From Macrostomum lignano (Eukaryota), in assembly GCA_002269645.1 (NCBI GenBank), contig NIVC01000001.1, forward strand, positions 806,001-870,000: a stretch of DNA of 64,000 nt, given 5' to 3'. The notes beneath the pieces were generated by a model, which was not told the DNA's origin, ran no database searches, and saw nothing but the letters and a program-made list of their open reading frames with translations. Positions 57,439-64,000 of the stretch are shown here, one piece after another (position 1 is the stretch's first letter; each line of letters begins with the position of its first letter). The position numbers and the translations under genes are program-made.

Positions 57439-58507
57439 AGTGAGTGTTAGAGAGGCCTATTGACTAGGTTGGAGGCACCAAATAACCCATAGCTACTCAT
57501 ATTTGGCTCTCTGTTGTTTTGACTTGCCAAGCAAAGAAAAAAGCTTGAAAAGGGTGTTATACTCTTTTCTCTCTCCCCGCCTTCACCTGCTGGACCAGCC
57601 CACATCCGCGCAGATTCTCAGCTCCAACTTTTCCTGCCATCTGCATGCGAACGAGTTCACGCAGTTGAAATATGCCAGATAGAGTATCCCAGCTCTGCAA
57701 GCAATTTAAGAGCCACCTGCGGGCTCTGCACTGCCTCCATTGAGCTGAAGTGTGCCAAGATACAGTGCCAGCCACTTACACGCGCGCAGCAGCATGGTGT
57801 GTGTGTGCATGTGTGCAGAAGCAGCGCTTTTTGGCAGACAAAAATGGCATTGCTCGTTTGGAAAGAATTAGTAGAGCTGCGAGGCTCTTTGGCTGAGCAG
57901 TAAGTGAGAGAGAGAGAGAGAGAGAGAGGCAAAAAATTGGTTTGGCTTCCTAACCCAGCAGAGTAAGAGAGGCCATATGTACTTGCTGCACCCGCCCAGA
58001 TACTTGCTGGGCAAGGGAGAGGCCGGGCGTGTTGTGGGTGGGTGGCAGGGGCGAAGACCCACTGCATTTTTTCAGTTCGTCTCGGCTTCGCCTGCGATTC
58101 TGTGCAGCCAACAGCGGCCACAGCTGAGAGAGCCTCCTTCCTGCCGTTCCATCTCTCGGAGGGAGAGAATAGCAGCAGAGCAGGGCTAGGAATAAAGTTG
58201 AGAGACAGAGCAATACAGGCAGGAATAGCCTAGCTGTGAAACTGCAGTGCCCGGCAGTTGATTTCGCAGTCAAACTGTTTGCCAAAGGACCAACCCGAAT
58301 GCTCTGTGACTGCCGCTGCCGATAGAGTTCAACAAAACTGGCCCGCCCGCCCTGGGTGAGAACTGTTCAGGCAAAGCATTGAGTGGCGAGTCCGTACAGA
58401 CGGGCGACGGCCGCCCGCAGGATCAGCAGGAGCAGGAGCAGGAGCAGCAGCAGCAGCAGCAGCAGGAGCATCAGAAGCAGCAGCAGCAGCCGGCTGCCAG
58501 TAAAACG

Positions 58508-59262
58508 ATGGCGACATTCCAGCCGCAGTCGAGATTTCCCCTTCCTCGCGAAGCGGCAGCGGCGGCATCAGTGGCGGCCCACGACACCATCGGGAGGCTG
58601 AGCCGCAGTCTGGCCAGGATGAACGCCGAGGCGAAGGCGAAGAGGCGGCAAGACGGGCCGAAGAAGTCCAAGAAGACGCCGGAGCGGCTGAAAAGCGGTG
58701 ACAAGACTCTGCCGAGCAGCGGCAACCGCGGCTGCCATCCGGGCCGGCCGGGCTGTCAGCCGGTGATCATCCACCTTCCGGACGAGCTCTTCGATGATCC
58801 CAGCAGCGGAGATGAAGATGATGATGATGAAGAAGACGAGAGCAGCAGCAGCAGCAGCGACGGCGAAGAGGCGGAGAACGGCGAGGAGGACGAGGACGCG
58901 GCTGAGGAGCGGGAGCGGCGCCGGCTTTTCCGCCTGCTGCTGCCGCAGCCCCTGAAGCGTAACGGCCGGCTGACGCTGAAGGTCGACGATCCCAACTTGC
59001 GCAACCTGCTGCAGAGCATCACGGACCGCTTCGAGCCCGGCCAGCCGGATATGCTCGACCGCGTCATCGCCATGTTCAACTCCGGCCGCTGCCTGGGCCC
59101 GGAGGGCGAGGCCCAGATGCGCCGCCTTCGCGTGCAGCAGCGTCGGAGACTGCGGCGCCGGTTACGACGATCCGTCGATCCCAACTGGTCGCCCGACCGG
59201 CGGCTCATGAGCATGGCGGAGTGCTTCCGCAGTCTGGGCCGGATACTGGGCGGCGAGAGCGT

Positions 59263-59294
<32 letters not shown>

Positions 59295-60169
59295 CTGGAA
59301 GGGCCGTTGTGAACGGTTTGCCGTCGCTCGACTCGGCAGAAGAATTGACGACTTCTCCGCCAACGTCGATGCAGCAGCTGCCGCAGGACACCACCGACGG
59401 CGACTATCCTGACGAAGGCCTGGCGATCGCCTCGCCCTCGCCGACAATGTCGCCATCGCCTCCGGAGTCTCCCTCGCCGCCGCAGCAGCTGCAGCCGGCA
59501 GGCGAGTTGCGCCTTGAGATCACGGAGGAATCGCTAGCGAGGCTGAGCAGCCTGACGCCTGCGGCTGAGGGCCACTTCCGCCGCGTCCTGATGAGCGCCC
59601 TGCGAGTTCCGGCGACCCGCTACTGCCTGTCAGAGGCCGAGCCGCCGCCGGAGCGCCGCTGGCTGCGGCACTGCGCCCGACAGTCGCTCTCCCGACTCCA
59701 ATGGGACCGTCGGCTAGCCGAAGCCGTCAGCGAGATGCTTCAACGCCGCCTGTCCGCGGTGCTCTACGACCCCGAGGTTTGCTCCCGGCTGACGAGCCTG
59801 CTGGCCAGCGACCTGCTCGAGCTGGTCACGCACGAGCTCGGCGCCGAGTTCAAGGTGGTCGGCCTGCTCAGCATCGGCAGCGTCACGGAGATCGACAGGA
59901 TGGCGATAGTCACTAGATCTGCTCACAGCGAGGGCGTCGACTGCTGCCGGGCGTTCCACTATCAGAACGAGTCGGTGTTCGCCCTGTTCACCTGCCACCT
60001 GTTCCAGCGCTTCGACCGGCCGCTTCTGTTCGAGGCGCCGCTGGACATTGACGATCCGGCCGAGACGGCGGGGTTGCGGCCGGACCGAGCCGATGCGCCG
60101 CTGAGCGACACCTGTGGCCAGTTCGGTGACACGGGCCGAGCTGATGAGACACCTGCTCTTGCTCAGTGA
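58508..60169 (+). CDS. Tctex-1 (dynein light chain) domain protein with a long low-complexity N-terminus, single coding exon, ~553 aa
   Basis: First in-frame ATG is 58508 (ACGATGG); the frame is open from 58310. Near the C-terminus, LAEAVSEMLQRRLSAVLYDPEVCSRLTSLLASDLLELV...FKVVGLLSIG...AIVTRSAHSEGVDCCRAFHYQNESVFALFTCHLF fits the Tctex-1 pattern. An upstream coding exon through the AG at 58369-58370 cannot be excluded. Confidence 0.75.
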
Positions 60170-60269
60170 CGCGTGCAGTTGTGTCAGGCAACCAACTCTA
60201 CAGTGAAGTGCTTCTCAATATCTCACTGCTTTGGGGCGATGCAACCTCTGCTGCAAGGGGTCTGCAAAG

Positions 60270-60707
60270 AGATCCTGGGAAGGACCCCTTTTGGGGAAGA
60301 TCCTGGGAAGGACCCCTTTTGGGGAAGATCCTGAGAAGGACCCCTTTTGGGGAAGATCCTGGGAAGGACCCTTTTTGGGAAGATCCTGGGAAGGACCCCT
60401 TTTGGGGAAGATCCTGGGAAGGAAACCTTTTTGGGGAAGATCCTGGGAAGGACCCCTTTTGGGAAGATCCTGGGAAGGACCCCTTTTGGGGAAGATCCTG
60501 GGAAGGACCCCTTTTGGGGAAGATCCTGGGAAGGAAACCTTTTTGGGGAAGATCCTGGGAAGGAACCCTTTTGGGGAAGATCCTGGGAAGGAACACTTTT
60601 GGGGAAGATCCTGGGAAGGAACCCTTTTGGGGAAGATCCTGGGAAGGACCCCTTTTGGGGAAGATCCTGGGAAGGACCCCATTTGGGGAAGATCCTGGGA
60701 AAGATCC
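60270..60707. repeat. ~29-bp minisatellite (GGGAAGATCCTGGGAAGGACCCCTTTTG), about 15 copies
   Basis: Seen directly. Confidence 0.95.
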
Positions 60708-61239
60708 AGGTTAAGTACCCGAAGCTAGACGTTAACCCAAGAAGGTCGGTGAAAGATTTCTCAAAGTTCGCCCATGTTTGAGTTCGGTATGCAACAACTG
60801 GTTCGCTCCGTCCATATTGTAAAACTACCCAAACTGATTAAAATGCATACCAATAGAAAAGCCCTGGTGGCAACTCTGCATTGGCCTCATCAACCTGCTT
60901 ACTAGCCTCCTCAAACCAGATTATGAATACCGTATTGCATACGCCGTACAAGTAGAAATGAGGCAACCTCAGGATAAATTTTGCTCATTTTTTGTCCGAT
61001 TTTGCATGCGAATTGACGCTGCATCGTGCACTGCTCTCAACTTTAGTCACTGTTGGGTAAAATTGACATTCCTATCACTGTTGGGGGGCTCTCATTTCCG
61101 CACCTCAAAACTGTTTTGAGAACGGAATCTGCGTACACGGTAGCTGCTTTGTTTTTCTTACTTTTTTGCTTTCATTTCAAACTTGTATTCAAATATATTT
61201 CTTTTGTTGCGATTCGATATTTTTCCTGTATGATAACTC

Positions 61240-61589
61240 ATAGCTGCTCATAGCTGCTCATAGCTGCTCATAGCTGCTCATAGCTGTTCATGGCTGCTCA
61301 TGGCTGTTTATGGCTGCTCATAGCTGCTCAAGGCTGCTCATAGCTGCTCATGGCTGCTCATGGCTGCTCATGGCTGCTCATAGCTGCTCATAGCTGCTCA
61401 TGGCTGCTCAAGGCTGCTCATGGCTGCTCATAGCTGCTCATAGCTGCTCATAGCTGTTTATGGCTGCGCAAGGCTGCTCATGGCTGCTCATAGCTGCTCA
61501 TAGCTGCTCATAGCTGCTCATGGCTGCTCATAGCTGCTCATAGCTGCTCATAGCTGCTAAAGCTGCTCATAGCTGCTTATAGCTGCTCA
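61240..61589. repeat. 10-bp repeat (ATAGCTGCTC/ATGGCTGCTC), about 35 copies
   Basis: Seen directly. Confidence 0.95.
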
Positions 61590-61804
61590 ATTCTCTCCGC
61601 GCGTCAGATTTTGTAATAATAATTGCGTCCTCAGTTTGAAATTGTGCGCCTTGATTTTTTGGCACAGTATTAAAACAAAGAGTGACAATATGGAAGTGCA
61701 GCGCAATGGGCCGCCCGCTCCGATCGGATCGCTTGATTGGAATATTTTCTATTTTTAAATTAATTTTCGTACCACCACCGAAAATAAGGGCCAGAATTAA
61801 TACT

Positions 61805-61960
61805 AGAGAGTGTACATGCCCGACGATTGGAAAGTCAGGGTCGCTGTGTGCACCCAGTGTGAGCTGAGTGTGTGAGTGCAGTGTCTGCGTACAGTATTGC
61901 CGCACTTGTGAGCTCGGGAGTCTGCGGAATGGGCAGACCTGCCGTCAGCGCAGGCTGTGA
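61805..61960 (+). mobile_element. 5'-truncated, diverged relative of the SINE at 55163
   Basis: AGTGTACATGCCCGACGATTGGAAAGTCAGGGTCGCTG...GGGAGTCTGCGGAATGGGCAG resembles 55324-55453 AGTGTACATGCCTAACGATAAAAAAGTTAGGGCCGCTG...GGGGAGTCGGCGGAATGGGCAG. Confidence 0.6.
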
Positions 61961-62057
61961 GCTGATGTCTCAGAAGTGGGTCGGGTGGCCGCTGCCCAAT
62001 TCTTGAATCGATTTTTATTCATATTTGAACTCACAAACTCATTAACCAATGATCTCG

Positions 62058-63229
62058 TGGACTCATAACCTCATAAACTCATGAACTCACAGACTCATGA
62101 ACTCATGAACTCACAGACTCATGAACTCATGAACTCACAGACTCATAAACTCATGATCTCATAAACTCATGATCTCATAAACTCATGAACTCACAGACTC
62201 ATGAACTCATGAACTCCTGAATTCATGAACTCATAAACTCATAGACTCAAACTCCTGAACTCATGAACTCATGAACTCCTGAACTCATGAACTCATGAAC
62301 TCATGAACTCCTGAACTCATGAACTCCTGAACTCATGAACTCCTGAACTCATGAACTCCTGAACTCATGAACTCCTGAACTCATGAACTCATAAACTCAT
62401 AGACTCAAACTCATGAACTCCTGAACTCCTTAACTCATGAACTCATGAACTCCTGAACTCATGAACTCATGAACTCCTGAACTCATGAACTCATGAACTC
62501 CTGAACTCATGAACTCATGAACTCCTGAACTCATGAACTCCTGAACTCCTGAACTCATGAACTCCTGAACTCATGAACTCATAAACTCATAGACTCAAAC
62601 TCATAAACTCCTGATCTCATGAACTCCTGAACTCATGAACTCCTGAACTCATGAACTCCTGAACTCATGAACTCGTGAACTCATAAACTCATAGACTCAA
62701 ACTCCTGAACTCCTGAACTCATGAACTCCTGAACTCATAAACTCCTGAACTCATGAACTCCTGAACTCATGAACTCCTGAACTCATGATCTCATAAACTC
62801 CTGATCTCATGATCTCATAAACTCCTGATCTCATGAACTCCTGAACTCATAAACTCCTGAAGTCATAAACTCCTGAACTCATGAACTCCTGAACTCATGA
62901 ACTCCTGAACTCATGATCTCATAAATGCATAAATTCATGAACTCATGATCTCATAAATGCATAAATCCATGAACTCATGATCTCATAAATGCATAAATCC
63001 ATGAACTCATGAACTCATAGACTCAAACTCATGAACTCATGATCTCATAAATGCATAAATCCATGAACTCATGAACTCATAGACTCAAACTCATGAACTC
63101 ATGATCTCATAAATGCATAAATCCATGAACTCATGATCTCATAAATGCATAAATCCATGAACTCATGAACTCATAGACTCAAACTCATGAACTCATGATC
63201 TCATAAATGCATAAATCCATGAACTCATT
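62058..63229. repeat. 8-bp-based composite repeat (GAACTCAT/GAACTCCT) with higher-order variants
   Basis: Seen directly. Confidence 0.95.
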
Positions 63230-64000
63230 CATTCTCTTGTCATGCAATGAACAGCTAGTTAAGCTAAGACAGCACGGTTCGTATTTGTGTTTTCAGTTCT
63301 CCACGGATAGATTATCAAATGTACTTTTATATCGGCCGGCTATATAAGGAAGACTCCAGTAATGCTCAAACAGCCAAGAAGCCGTGCGAAAGACAGCGCG
63401 ATTCCTGACGCCTTCTTGCAAGCATTGATTAAAAGGGGCTTATAAGGGCGAGCGGGGGGAGAGGGGGTTGAGAACACTGCTAATGCAGAACGAAATAAGC
63501 GAAACCCCCAGCGAGGGCAGAGAAAGATAGAGAGTGAGAGTGAGTGAGAGATGAAGCGCCATGCTCAATTACCAAAGCCAAGTCTCTTTTAGTAAATAAA
63601 TGAAGTAGCGGCCTCTGGGCCAGCAGCCGAGCCGAAGGCAGCGAGTGATGAAGAGTCGGAGTAGGGGATGCTGCTCAGAGGCGCACACGCCCCATCTCAG
63701 CTTCGAACGCCAGAATCTCTATTGTCCAGAGGTGGAAGCTCAACTTTTTGAGGGCCGTTTCAAGCCAAGCAGCTCGGGTCTCAAAATATGGACGATTATT
63801 TATTTAGCTTTTTTCTCTCTCACTGACTGGCACAGCAAGTCTGTGTTGGGTTTCCAAAGCAATCTCAAACTGTGCAGAGGCTGCTTGTTGTCGGCTTGAG
63901 ATGACTGAGATTTAGGTTGGTAATGGAAGAGAAGGTCAACAGTTAGACTCGATGCATTAGTATATGATGCATTAATATAACTGATGCAGATCTCTCCGAC

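Overview
Repeat-rich eukaryotic (invertebrate animal) genomic DNA with spliceosomal introns. GC-rich exons sit among many minisatellites. This style resembles a Macrostomum-like flatworm genome, but that is an inference. (1) 1-2030: the 5' end of a non-LTR retrotransposon (DUF4780-like ORF1, minus strand) embedded in a 23-bp minisatellite, with a second identical copy of its 5' end in the same array. (2) ~2030-26770: a ~24.5-kb minus-strand head-to-tail concatemer of Helitron units, joined at hairpin+CTCG|TC junctions. Six units carry internal (TTAGGG)3-5. One 10.7-kb unit carries an almost intact 9-exon Rep/Helicase gene (~1574 aa after repairing one homopolymer frameshift) and two decayed Pif1 fragments. 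A 1.74-kb TIR element is nested in the 5'-most unit. (3) Four host genes: protein disulfide isomerase (minus, 3 exons, ends KEEL), eEF2 kinase (plus, 7 coding exons, every intron filled with its own minisatellite), an FMRFamide-receptor-like class A GPCR (plus, 2 coding exons) and a Tctex-1-domain protein whose CDS lies in one exon (plus). (4) tRNA-derived SINEs, ~1-kb perfect tetranucleotide microsatellites and many minisatellites. No rRNA, true tRNA or CRISPR array was seen. All gene models are manual and unverified by alignment or RNA data. The Helitron concatemer is the most novel-looking system.
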